From a virus (Duplodnaviria; Caudoviricetes), in the IMG/VR virus record IMGVR_UViG_3300019874_000002, positions 32,001 through 96,000 of that record: a stretch of 64,000 bases of DNA; one strand, given 5' to 3'. Made by a program: the position numbers and the translations under genes. Below are positions 17,896-27,094 of this stretch, one piece after another. Position 1 is the first letter of the stretch. The number at the start of each line of letters is the position of its first letter. The notes under the pieces are model-generated. The model had not been told where the DNA came from and made no database searches. It was given only the letters and a program-made list of their open reading frames with translations.

Positions 17896-18440
17896 GACAG
17901 CTCTCCTTCAATCCGAGCTTCGCGCCGGTCAGCTACCAACTCGTAAACGCCCTTCGCTTGGAGGAATGGCACTGTGAATTGCTCTGGTTGCTCTGCCAGC
18001 ACTGCATCCTCTGGCAATCGCAACGTACGACAAAGCGATTTGAGATTGCGCTCGTCGATAACGAAGGCCCCCCTAATCGTGTGCTCGTGCAGCTGCTCAC
18101 GCTGCAATGAAGCACGATACTCGCGTATCCACGAAACGTAACGGACCTGCGCATTCAATCCGTACAGCTGCCTCGGCTGCGGTATTACGTGCTTCCCAAG
18201 CCAACGCGTGTACTCCTCAAACTTGACAAACTGAGCCTCTATCCAATCACGAGGCTTGCCTCCAACGCCAATACATGATTTCGCGGCACGTCTGAAGCAT
18301 TTGCGAATCAATTTGGATTGAGACTCCAAAGCCTCCATCTGCATCGGCGCGGCTCCTGGAAAGCTCGCTTCTGCCATTAATTTGCCTTGGTAATGCGTGT
18401 ACAGCTTTCTTGCCATTTCGCGCACTGATTTCTTTTTCAT
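17892..18440 (-). CDS. Hypothetical protein in the replication module
   Basis: 182 aa, GAGGA RBS, lies between the SF2 helicase and DnaB. Confidence 0.7.
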   Translation of the reverse strand: MKKKSVREMARKLYTHYQGKLMAEASFPGAAPMQMEALESQSKLIRKCFRRAAKSCIGVGGKPRDWIEAQFVKFEEYTRWLGKHVIPQPRQLYGLNAQVRYVSWIREYRASLQREQLHEHTIRGAFVIDERNLKSLCRTLRLPEDAVLAEQPEQFTVPFLQAKGVYELVADRREARIEGELS

Positions 18441-19920
18441 CTACTTCCTCTTCTGCAATGTCAAACGACTCGCCTGTGTAAATGTCAATTCTCTCTAGAC
18501 TATGTTTTGCCAGCCATTTGTGAGTAGCATCTGCAAAATCAACGGCAGCAACTATGTTTGGCCCTTTCCTCTTTCGGCGGATTGAACGCCCAATCTTCTG
18601 CAGAACCGCTCGAAGACTCTGGCCTCCATCTGCGACTATCAAAGCGTTGACCGCAGGCACGTCAACTCCTTCGTCAAGGATTGACGAAGCAATTAGCACT
18701 CGCCCTTTCTTCGTTATCTTGAACCAATCAACCAACCGATCGCGCTCAGAATCAGGCATTTTACCGTGAGCAAACTCTACAGGATATTTAATCAGCTGAC
18801 GAATTGCTGATCCTTGGTTCAATTGGCGAACCAACACGAGCACTGCTTTACCGTCGGCTGCGTACTCGTCGGCTATTCTCGCTATAACTTTGTTCCTGTA
18901 AACATTATAGATGATGCCTGCTTTGTAAACGCCATCCCATGATTGATCATCCGCTTGCGCGAGGTCTGGCTTGTTTATCGCAATCATTCTCACATATGGC
19001 TTGGCACTCACACCAAGTTTTATAAGCTCGTCGTTTCTAATCTCACATATCACTGGACCTGTTGCAGCCTCCACCATCAAGTCATTATCGCCTGTAAATG
19101 GCGTACCGCTCATCAGGTAACGAAACTGCGCATTGGGCAGTGCCCCCATCAAACGAAACCAGGTCGTGGCCTTCGCGTGATGGCCTTCATCCAAGAAAAC
19201 CACGTCAATCGTCTTCAAATACTCACGAAGCACTGCATTGCGATTCTTGGCTCGAGCCGATGGCGATTTCTTCGATGGAGTAATACTGTTGATAATCGCA
19301 ATAGTAATCTCCTTCGGCTCAAATCTACCTCCTCCGATTACGCCTATATTCTCAACAATAGTTCCAAGTCTTGACGCGATGTCCTCACGAGCCTGTTTTA
19401 GAAGGATTGCCTTAGGTACCACAAATAGAATCGTATGCTGGTCTAAAGCTTTAATCATTGCGGCTGCGATAGAGGTTTTCCCTCCATTCGTGGCAATGAA
19501 AATGATCCCTGACTGAGCCTTCAGAGCAGACTTAACAGCGTCCAATTGAAAGCTGTATCTGCCGTCCATGGACACACCTTCCAGCATATCCGCGTGCACA
19601 CCGCTCAAAGGGACTGCCGGTAAGATGTGCTTACGTAAATCGCGAACCTTCGCTTTGACGCTCTGCTTTGCTAACAGCGCTTGAACGCGCGATAGTAACC
19701 CTTTGGGAAATGTTCCAATCCCAGCGAATGTAGGGGAAATGTGGAAGTGATGACGTTTTCCATCCCACCGACCTCCAAACCGTCGATGATTGGGCGCCCA
19801 CTCACTTCCTTTTTGCGTCTCAGCTAGCGCGTCATCGAGGTATTTCAGCACTGTTTTTGGCGCGCGAACAATACGAGCACGCACATTTGATAAAATCTCA
19901 ATTTTCGGCTTTTTCATCAA
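18247..19920 (-). CDS. SF2 DNA helicase (UvsW-like)
   Basis: IATNGGKT, LDEGHH, MSGTP, ILDEGVDVP, QKIGRSIR. Confidence 0.9.
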   Translation of the reverse strand: MMKKPKIEILSNVRARIVRAPKTVLKYLDDALAETQKGSEWAPNHRRFGGRWDGKRHHFHISPTFAGIGTFPKGLLSRVQALLAKQSVKAKVRDLRKHILPAVPLSGVHADMLEGVSMDGRYSFQLDAVKSALKAQSGIIFIATNGGKTSIAAAMIKALDQHTILFVVPKAILLKQAREDIASRLGTIVENIGVIGGGRFEPKEITIAIINSITPSKKSPSARAKNRNAVLREYLKTIDVVFLDEGHHAKATTWFRLMGALPNAQFRYLMSGTPFTGDNDLMVEAATGPVICEIRNDELIKLGVSAKPYVRMIAINKPDLAQADDQSWDGVYKAGIIYNVYRNKVIARIADEYAADGKAVLVLVRQLNQGSAIRQLIKYPVEFAHGKMPDSERDRLVDWFKITKKGRVLIASSILDEGVDVPAVNALIVADGGQSLRAVLQKIGRSIRRKRKGPNIVAAVDFADATHKWLAKHSLERIDIYTGESFDIAEEEVDEKEISARNGKKAVHALPRQINGRSELSRSRADADGGFGVSIQIDSQMLQTCREIMYWRWRQAS

Positions 19921-20035
19921 ATCAACCGACGATGGTACAGAACCGAGAGACTGTACGCTAGACCTGTGACAACTTCGCCATGAAAGCTAGAATTTACACA
20001 GTCTTGCAGTGCTACACCGCGAACGTAACCAGCTG

Positions 20036-20578
20036 CTACGGAAAAAGAGTCACGCTCTGAAAAATCTCGAAACGCTTGATCTTCCGAACCACTTTGTGCA
20101 CACCGGATGCGAGGATCAACCAAACATCATACACGTAATTATTTGCTTCATCAACATCGTCAGCTGAAATGAGCGACGTGTCGATCGAAGAGATAAAAAA
20201 TCTCGCTTTTCCTTTGGTCGCGCCAGACTGAGGCAAAATTATGAACTGACCGTCTGCTCCGCCAGCATTAAGCGTTCGCTTCATGATTAATGGAGCAATG
20301 TCTCTCCAATGCTTTTTAACCGTAAAGAATCCCATCGCGCCGGTTAAATCTACAGGCTGTGCTGACAAGTCAACAGCTGTAATCTGGTACGTCTCGTCGG
20401 CTCCTTGGGATATAACAATCGTGTCGTCCATGGGCTCTAAAGTAAAAACCATTCCCAAATCAGATTGAGTAGCCAATGCTCCAGAGCTTTGCGTTTGCAA
20501 TTGAATGAACGCAGTATCCGCCGCAACCGTAATAGGGGCGGCGCCTGACTCTGATATTAAATGAATAATTCTTGACAC
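20036..20578 (-). CDS. Virion structural protein (BppU-like beta domain)
   Basis: ISQGADET...PVDLTGA..FTVK...YVYDVWL pattern. Confidence 0.6.
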   Translation of the reverse strand: MSRIIHLISESGAAPITVAADTAFIQLQTQSSGALATQSDLGMVFTLEPMDDTIVISQGADETYQITAVDLSAQPVDLTGAMGFFTVKKHWRDIAPLIMKRTLNAGGADGQFIILPQSGATKGKARFFISSIDTSLISADDVDEANNYVYDVWLILASGVHKVVRKIKRFEIFQSVTLFP

Positions 20579-20586
20579 GATGTCAC

Positions 20587-21147
20587 TTAATCATTGACCA
20601 ACTCTATGACATCACCATTTGCCAGCGCGGCTGTAAAAGCGTAAGTAGCTGCTAATGTGAACACTCCATTGACTGTGGTGAATCCCCCAATCTTCTTCAT
20701 CTGGCCGGTCAATGCTCCGCTTCGAACGACGGCCAACAAATCTTTCCAAAAATCTGTTCCCTCTGTTCTGTTTGAAGAGAATGTAGTTACGCTCAAGCTC
20801 GTACTTCCAACCACGGCAAAATACGCCGGAATGACCTTGAACGTAATCTCACGCTGTTCCATGAGCTTCGTGCCACCGATACTTTTAATCACCAAGACGT
20901 ACGTTCCTGGCGTATCGATATTGACTGCAGTCAGGTTAATAACGAAAAGACCCTTTGCGTTCGTCGCATCTACTTGGGTAATTGTTGGCGAACCCAATAG
21001 CGTATTGACACCGTTCTTCGTGAGATACACAACAAACGATCCCATATCTGACGATTGTAAACGCGTCGACATAGCCGTCGTGTCAACACACGTGAAATAT
21101 ATGTCACGCTCAACGGTTCTTGGATCTGATTGGCTAATGAGTTGCAT
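20587..21147 (-). CDS. Virion structural/tail-associated protein
   Basis: Thr-rich beta-type sequence at the end of the tail cluster. Confidence 0.55.
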   Translation of the reverse strand: MQLISQSDPRTVERDIYFTCVDTTAMSTRLQSSDMGSFVVYLTKNGVNTLLGSPTITQVDATNAKGLFVINLTAVNIDTPGTYVLVIKSIGGTKLMEQREITFKVIPAYFAVVGSTSLSVTTFSSNRTEGTDFWKDLLAVVRSGALTGQMKKIGGFTTVNGVFTLAATYAFTAALANGDVIELVND

Positions 21148-21231
21148 ATATGTCTTCTTTCGCGGTTAACGGTCGCACCTATTTGCTCATCGCGTTCAGG
21201 CGGAGTTGGACTAACGAGCGACTGCGCTCGG

Positions 21232-23523
21232 TCACCATGGGATCGTCCAGCCAAGCGTCTGAAGCAGCGTCTTGATCTGCGCGTTGGTTAGCTCGGCGGC
21301 GGCGCCGAAGAATGCGACGCGGTAGAGGATTGCGCCCGGAAAACCTAACCGATCTTGGAAAATCTTCCCCGTAGTCGCTCCCTTGATTGGGGCGAGAATC
21401 TCCTGATCACTCCATCCGGCAACCCTGTTGTTTGTAACGTCGTATATAAATCCGATTGGTCTGACCGCACCGACACTGCTGACGGCACCACTTACAGAAC
21501 TGCTGGAGACGGCCTGGAGACGGCCTGTATTGAGTACCGCGTCGTAAGTTGGGACCCCGCTTCCGATGATCGTTCCGTAAACACGAAGGGCCGCCGGTAT
21601 TGAGTTTAGTATTACATACCCTATTGTCAGGGTCGATGCAGTCGCAGGATCCGGTAGTCCAGCATCGGAGTTAGTAACCAACCCAGTCCCAGCATCCGAC
21701 CCCGCAATCCCCTTTCTCGTCCACCCCGCCACCGCCTGCTGATACGTGACCGGAGTCCCTGATACTGTCCCCGTGAACGTCCCGATGCTATCCGCCAGAT
21801 TTCCGCTCGCTTCCTGACACCCCCACAACAGCGATGGCCCGCCGCTCGCAATCCCCGCTGTGGCCATCACGATGGCCCACTCCGCGGCATTCGCGGGGCA
21901 GTAGATGCCGCTCGCGGAGTCGCGGGTTACGCTGGCCATGGAACTGATCGCCACCAAGGCGCCCACGCCGATTGTGTTGATCCCGAAGGTGACGTTGACG
22001 GCCCCGGTAGCACCGGCCGCAACCTTGTCGTACTGCCACGCGGCGTTCGTGATCATGTCCGTGGCCACCGCTCGCGTGGAGCCGTACCGGTTGATCCCGT
22101 TGACCAGCGATCCCGCCGGCGCCATCGTCACCGAGTTGACCGACAGGTTCGTGCGGTAGCCGCCGGCGAACGGGATCACCAGGCAGTTGGCCACTGACGT
22201 CGTAATCTGCGCGAGGGTCAGGGCCGTCGAGAACGCGTCGTTTTTCGACGTGAGGATCGCGTCTACATTGTTGTGAGTCAACGCGCTCGGACCGCGCACC
22301 ACGCAGATACGAGCGCCGTTGATCGGATTCGTCGTCGGAGTGGTAATTGGCATCGTCGACGGAGCCGTCTTGTTTCCAAACGCCGTCAGATCTCCAGACG
22401 ACACTTCGCGCACAAAAATAGCGACTCTCGCCGACGTCGTGCCATTCGTGGATACCAATTGTGTCCCTTTCGGAATCCATTGCTTGGTTCCCGCAGTGGT
22501 CGGCGTGGTGATCGGGTCGTTGCCTGCGAGCCCACCGCTGGGATCCTGCGAGATCGCAAACAAGATCTCGAGATCGCCAGCGATCGAACAGCCAGGTCCA
22601 TTAAAATTATAGGCGGCAGCGCCGGTGTACAACGGCCCCCATCCCATAATCGTTGGGATCGTCGTCGGCCGCGCGCGAGGAACACCCATAGCGTCGAGCA
22701 TCGCGTACGCGCAAAGCTGGCCGATCACGTTGACCGAATCTCCGACCCAATGGAGGTTATCACTGGCGAGTCGGAATCCAGACGTGTTGATCAGGGTGAT
22801 ATTCAAAGGAAACGCTGCCGCTACAGAGTCCTGCGCGGCCTGGATCGTGGTCAGAAACGTCACTGCAGGAGCCTGCTCGTCAGGCGAGCGCAGCATAATG
22901 ATCTTCGTTCCGGCTCCGTACTCAGCGAGAGTCGCGTTGACGCTCGTGGTCAAATTTGCGGCGCAATTAGAAGCGTTTGTTCCATTAAATCCGTCGTTGC
23001 CCCCCATATCCATAATTTGACCGCGAATCCGCCCACCCATCGCGGCTTCTTGCGCGTGGTTGGTTGTCACCGATTGCGTCCAAACATTGGGTCCCCCGCC
23101 AGGGCTTGTCGGATAGCTCGCCCCAGGAGTCCATTGAAATGCGCCGCTGCCATTGACCGCGTTAGCCATCACCAAACCACACGCGTAGCCCGCGCGGATC
23201 ATTTCATAGCCGAACGTCCATTGAAGTCCGGTATTGACTTGACCGGCCGGCGCATACGGACCGAGAACGGTAACGTTGGTCAACCAGTTGATCGGATCCG
23301 ACGCTGCCTGTGCGAATCTTTGAAAGTACGGAATCGACGGCAACGTCGTCATCACTGGGAATACCGGATCGCAACCGTTACCGGATGTCGCATCGCCGAT
23401 TGCCTGGCCGATTCCGTTCGAATCGGCTGGAAAAATGGAAAAGATCGGGAGAAGCGCAGCTCTCTTTAAGAATGCATCTGGATCGCTGAGCAACCCAAAT
23501 CCATCATTTGAACTAATAATCAC
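21232..23523 (-). CDS. Tail-associated protein with SGNH/SASA-like esterase domain and C-terminal lectin-like domain
   Basis: ADSNG (block I Ser), MGGNDG, DNLHW (DxxH); Gly/Thr/Ala-rich C-terminal half. Confidence 0.6.
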   Translation of the reverse strand: MIISSNDGFGLLSDPDAFLKRAALLPIFSIFPADSNGIGQAIGDATSGNGCDPVFPVMTTLPSIPYFQRFAQAASDPINWLTNVTVLGPYAPAGQVNTGLQWTFGYEMIRAGYACGLVMANAVNGSGAFQWTPGASYPTSPGGGPNVWTQSVTTNHAQEAAMGGRIRGQIMDMGGNDGFNGTNASNCAANLTTSVNATLAEYGAGTKIIMLRSPDEQAPAVTFLTTIQAAQDSVAAAFPLNITLINTSGFRLASDNLHWVGDSVNVIGQLCAYAMLDAMGVPRARPTTIPTIMGWGPLYTGAAAYNFNGPGCSIAGDLEILFAISQDPSGGLAGNDPITTPTTAGTKQWIPKGTQLVSTNGTTSARVAIFVREVSSGDLTAFGNKTAPSTMPITTPTTNPINGARICVVRGPSALTHNNVDAILTSKNDAFSTALTLAQITTSVANCLVIPFAGGYRTNLSVNSVTMAPAGSLVNGINRYGSTRAVATDMITNAAWQYDKVAAGATGAVNVTFGINTIGVGALVAISSMASVTRDSASGIYCPANAAEWAIVMATAGIASGGPSLLWGCQEASGNLADSIGTFTGTVSGTPVTYQQAVAGWTRKGIAGSDAGTGLVTNSDAGLPDPATASTLTIGYVILNSIPAALRVYGTIIGSGVPTYDAVLNTGRLQAVSSSSVSGAVSSVGAVRPIGFIYDVTNNRVAGWSDQEILAPIKGATTGKIFQDRLGFPGAILYRVAFFGAAAELTNAQIKTLLQTLGWTIPW

Positions 23524-23535
23524 GGTTGTCTCCTA

Positions 23536-23973
23536 TTAAACTAATACGAGAATTCCACCGGCTGAAAATTGCAAAACGTAGTCATTAGCTACCGGTGCAA
23601 TCTTTGGCGTAGCGTCTACACAGCAAATCAAACTACGCGTCGCATCGCTCACATTCTCCACGTAGACAATCACGGAATCAGCGACACCGCCTCCTAAACC
23701 GCTCCCTGTAAACGTAGCAGCTGGCCACGTTACATTGTCCGCGTCAAAAATTATGCGATTGAGCGTGTCGTTCTCCAATAGCGTCTTATTCGCAAGAACC
23801 TTTCGAGCATACCCAGAACCGCTCAATTCAAACGCAACATCAGACACAAAGTTATGCGCCGCAGAAAACACGTAACCGCTATTTACGAGCAAAACTCTAA
23901 TATCGGCTGTGTTCAACGCTAGTAAGCCGCTAGCGATTAAAAACTTACCTTTATTGTAGGTTCCTGTCGCCAT
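23536..23973 (-). CDS. Minor tail/structural protein
   Basis: ADIRVLLV...ELSGSGYAR..L...FDADNVTW pattern typical of phage minor tail proteins. Confidence 0.6.
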   Translation of the reverse strand: MATGTYNKGKFLIASGLLALNTADIRVLLVNSGYVFSAAHNFVSDVAFELSGSGYARKVLANKTLLENDTLNRIIFDADNVTWPAATFTGSGLGGGVADSVIVYVENVSDATRSLICCVDATPKIAPVANDYVLQFSAGGILVLV

Positions 23974-23976
23974 GGC

Positions 23977-24204
23977 TTACCTCTTTTCACAATCAAACAC
24001 GTCGACGTCTGTATCGGACTCCTTATCGTCATCCTCTTCATTTGAGGACTCGTCCGAATGCTCATCGAGTCTGATAAACGGATTAGTTCGTGCTCTCAAT
24101 TCACGATTAGATAAGCTTTGACTGATCGCTTTAGCTTGTGCAATCACACGTTCGCGTGATGCCAAAACCTCGTCAGTTGCTCGTTTAGCACGATGGGTAC
24201 TCAT
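23977..24204 (-). CDS. Hypothetical protein, acidic C-terminus
   Basis: 75 aa. Confidence 0.55.
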   Translation of the reverse strand: MSTHRAKRATDEVLASRERVIAQAKAISQSLSNRELRARTNPFIRLDEHSDESSNEEDDDKESDTDVDVFDCEKR

Positions 24205-24215
24205 TTTACCGCTCC

Positions 24216-24668
24216 CTATTTGACAAGTTTATCGTGAAGCTTTGCGAGCATTGTCGAAAGATCTTCATTTGATTCTTGATACTGATGCGCTATTCTTTCA
24301 ATGAACACCGTCATTTCTCGACGGATATCGTCTTCTCGCTTCCTCCCAGCGTCGCGTTCTTGAACCAATTGATGGCTGTAGCCCTCCAACGTCTCTTTAT
24401 TTCGACGCTCGTAGTCAGCCTTCATCGTCTCTTTTTCAGTTTTGCACGCCTCTAAGCACTTAGCATTATCTGCTTTGAGTGCTTCACGCTCGGCTGCCCA
24501 AATCTTTCGCTCGGCCTCCATCTTCGTACGATCGTCTTTCCCTTCACGATAGAGAAAACGGATCACCAATCCAAAAACGACAGCAACCAAGCCGACAATA
24601 CCGTAGCGCAAGACTTCGCCTACGATTGACGTCTCTAAACCACCGGATGGGATTGGTTCCATAATCAT
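24216..24668 (-). CDS. Membrane protein with coiled coil (holin-like candidate)
   Basis: Single TM segment YGIVGLVAVVFGLVIRFLY followed by a charged coiled coil. Confidence 0.45.
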   Translation of the reverse strand: MIMEPIPSGGLETSIVGEVLRYGIVGLVAVVFGLVIRFLYREGKDDRTKMEAERKIWAAEREALKADNAKCLEACKTEKETMKADYERRNKETLEGYSHQLVQERDAGRKREDDIRREMTVFIERIAHQYQESNEDLSTMLAKLHDKLVK

Positions 24669-24674
24669 TTCGCT

Positions 24675-25013
24675 TTACGCAGCTACGCCAATGATATCCC
24701 AAGCTGGTGTTCCAACCCCAGCTTGAATACTAATTGAATGCACAATCGCCTTGTCAATCTTCAATGTCTCCCCGCCCTTCAATGTTACCTGCGCTGCAGC
24801 ACGATTAATTCTAACGAGTAGGGTATTTGTCGCTACTGCATCTTTATTACTAATCCTCGTCTCACGTAAGTACGTCGCGCGAGCTTTTGGCGTAGGCGCA
24901 GTGCCATTTGAATTTGGTGCACCTTTACGCCATGGAGACAAGATCGCTACAAAAGTCTCTGTAGCCGACGACGTGCCAGACATCGTTGTAGGATAACCGG
25001 TACCACCGCTCAT
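24675..25013 (-). CDS. Structural/hypothetical protein
   Basis: 112 aa, AGGAG RBS. Confidence 0.6.
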   Translation of the reverse strand: MSGGTGYPTTMSGTSSATETFVAILSPWRKGAPNSNGTAPTPKARATYLRETRISNKDAVATNTLLVRINRAAAQVTLKGGETLKIDKAIVHSISIQAGVGTPAWDIIGVAA

Positions 25014-25024
25014 ATTAAACTCCT

Positions 25025-27082
25025 TTACAGATTATCGCCATCGAGAAGGTGATTGAAGACTCGCCGAACACGTCCAACGCTGTAATTAAACGGACCGCCG
25101 TTTAAGCTTGTATTCCCAATATGAAAATAAGGTCTAATAACGTCATTGAGGGGAAGCGCTGCGCTGATAACGTCGGCCACCTTTACACCGTTTAGATAAC
25201 CGCGGATTCTAAACGAGCCTACCCCAGACGTCGACGTATTCGCTCCATTAATCTCCAAACGCATTCTGTACGTTGTATTTTGCGCTACCGCAACACCCGT
25301 ATCGGTGTCTACCGTTGATAAACCTCCAATCCCGACCACTCTCAGTTGCCAATTTGCTGTTGTGTTGGAATTGAAAAAGTAAATAAAACTTGTTCCAGCT
25401 CCACCATCATTATTCTGAACACCCAAAGCAAAATTTCTATTGTTAACAGCAGCTGTAATCGCCTGGAGATTAACCATCCACTCTTGGACGTAACTAACAT
25501 TACCGTTCATCAAGCATTCGTACAGCTCCGTCGTCATTGCCTTGACGCCGGAAAAACTTGCAGATCCTGGCGTCAACAGGGAGAAACAAGCTTGATTCAA
25601 ACTTGCTGTAGGAGATGAGCTATACGTGCGTTCTACAGCTGGACCTGGAGTAACCAATTCCGTGGACAATAGCCCTGTAAATATCCACCCTGGAGGATCC
25701 ACAATTACTTGCATTGTAATCAAACTAATCTGATTAACTCCCGTGACCGGAACAGCTTCCATCGTAACTTCTAGCGATTGACCTTGCTGTATCGAAAGCT
25801 GATTAATCGATCCGCCAAACGGTATTGAATGCACAACGTTTCCGGTTACACCGTCGTTATCGATGAACATAATCTGATTTTTCAAAAGTGGTACTGATGT
25901 TCTTGCATAAACACGATACCTAATAAAATCTGTGCCCACTGTCCGGTTTACATTTGCAGCCATTATCAGGAGAGAAAAACCTTTTTCCGTCTGTGGTACC
26001 AAACCAATCCCATAGATTTGACCTGTCGCATTTAAGGTCAATGCTTCCTTATCCGCCGCAATGTTGAAACCGCCGCCAGCGCCACCAACAAGTGCAGCTC
26101 CAAACGTCGTATAGCACCATGTACGTGTCGCTGGAACGCACCAAGCCTCATCCAACTCAGTTACAGCACCCATTCGATAACCGTTATGGTCTATGACTGA
26201 CCGTCTCTTTAGGTTCCAGCTTCTCCAAACTGTAATTGGCGTAGTCGTACTCTCACCAGGCGAATCAAATAATGCATCTATGCCTACGGACGGCGAAGAA
26301 TACGCTTGAAAATTATTCGCTGCCGACGGCACGACATTTCTGGAACCCCTCCACCCTAATTGTCCAATTTGATACAACGCTGCATTTACTAGCTCGCGCA
26401 ATGACGCCTGTGATCCAGTCACTGTTGTTGCACCAACTGTCGTCCCTGTGTTCGCCGTCGGCAGTGTTGTAGGCACAGTCACAGTTTCCAACGTATTTGC
26501 TGCCGGCGTAAACGCCACGACACCGCCAGTATTGGTGCAGATTCCTAGAAACAGCAAAGACCTCGTAACTCCGGAAACAACGTCCTCCGCAACAACTGTT
26601 CCAGCAACACCAGCGCGAACGTACAAATTGCACGTTTGGCGAGAAGCAACATTAATTGCCTGCACAAATTCAGTGAATGGTGTAGTTGCTGGGATAAACC
26701 GACGCACCTGAGGATTCTCAGTAACGTCTGCCATATACGCATAAACCTGCTGGCTAGACCCACCGGCAGGAATTGCGACGGACAAAGTGGTCCCAGCCGG
26801 TTTAAGAACCAAACCTCCGTTCGCGTCCAGTCCAACAAACACAACCGTATCAATTCTGAACAAGCCGTCCGAACCACTGGTTGGATTTATCGTCAGTGAT
26901 CCAGACCATCGCTCGCCAGTCGGTAAACCTACCGTCGCTTTTGGCGAAGACACTAATGCGCGCTGCATTCCCTCGAGACCAGATTGCGCAGTCACAGCAA
27001 GCGCCAAAAAATCTACGAGATCAAACCGCTCGTTTGAATCTGCGCGAGGTTTCGTGCCTAATACTTTATCACCAGCAGCCAT
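25025..27082 (-). CDS. Tail fibre / receptor-binding protein
   Basis: Follows the baseplate wedge genes; beta-rich, lectin-like C-terminus. Confidence 0.65.
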   Translation of the reverse strand: MAAGDKVLGTKPRADSNERFDLVDFLALAVTAQSGLEGMQRALVSSPKATVGLPTGERWSGSLTINPTSGSDGLFRIDTVVFVGLDANGGLVLKPAGTTLSVAIPAGGSSQQVYAYMADVTENPQVRRFIPATTPFTEFVQAINVASRQTCNLYVRAGVAGTVVAEDVVSGVTRSLLFLGICTNTGGVVAFTPAANTLETVTVPTTLPTANTGTTVGATTVTGSQASLRELVNAALYQIGQLGWRGSRNVVPSAANNFQAYSSPSVGIDALFDSPGESTTTPITVWRSWNLKRRSVIDHNGYRMGAVTELDEAWCVPATRTWCYTTFGAALVGGAGGGFNIAADKEALTLNATGQIYGIGLVPQTEKGFSLLIMAANVNRTVGTDFIRYRVYARTSVPLLKNQIMFIDNDGVTGNVVHSIPFGGSINQLSIQQGQSLEVTMEAVPVTGVNQISLITMQVIVDPPGWIFTGLLSTELVTPGPAVERTYSSSPTASLNQACFSLLTPGSASFSGVKAMTTELYECLMNGNVSYVQEWMVNLQAITAAVNNRNFALGVQNNDGGAGTSFIYFFNSNTTANWQLRVVGIGGLSTVDTDTGVAVAQNTTYRMRLEINGANTSTSGVGSFRIRGYLNGVKVADVISAALPLNDVIRPYFHIGNTSLNGGPFNYSVGRVRRVFNHLLDGDNL

Positions 27083-27094
27083 ATCTGATCTCCT

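Noticed and set aside
19917-20123. 68-aa ORF upstream of the SF2 helicase
   Set aside because: Overlaps the end of a structural gene, has a weak start and no motif; more likely intergenic regulatory sequence.
22273-23469. 398-aa plus-strand ORF and other long antisense ORFs (e.g. 6403-7038, 20657-21169, 44712-45329)
   Set aside because: They shadow well-supported minus-strand genes, have no recognisable motifs, and are expected from codon bias, especially in the GC-rich gene.
21232-27082. Diversity-generating retroelement or invertible tail-fibre system
   Set aside because: No reverse transcriptase, invertase, template/variable repeat pair or inverted crossover sites seen.
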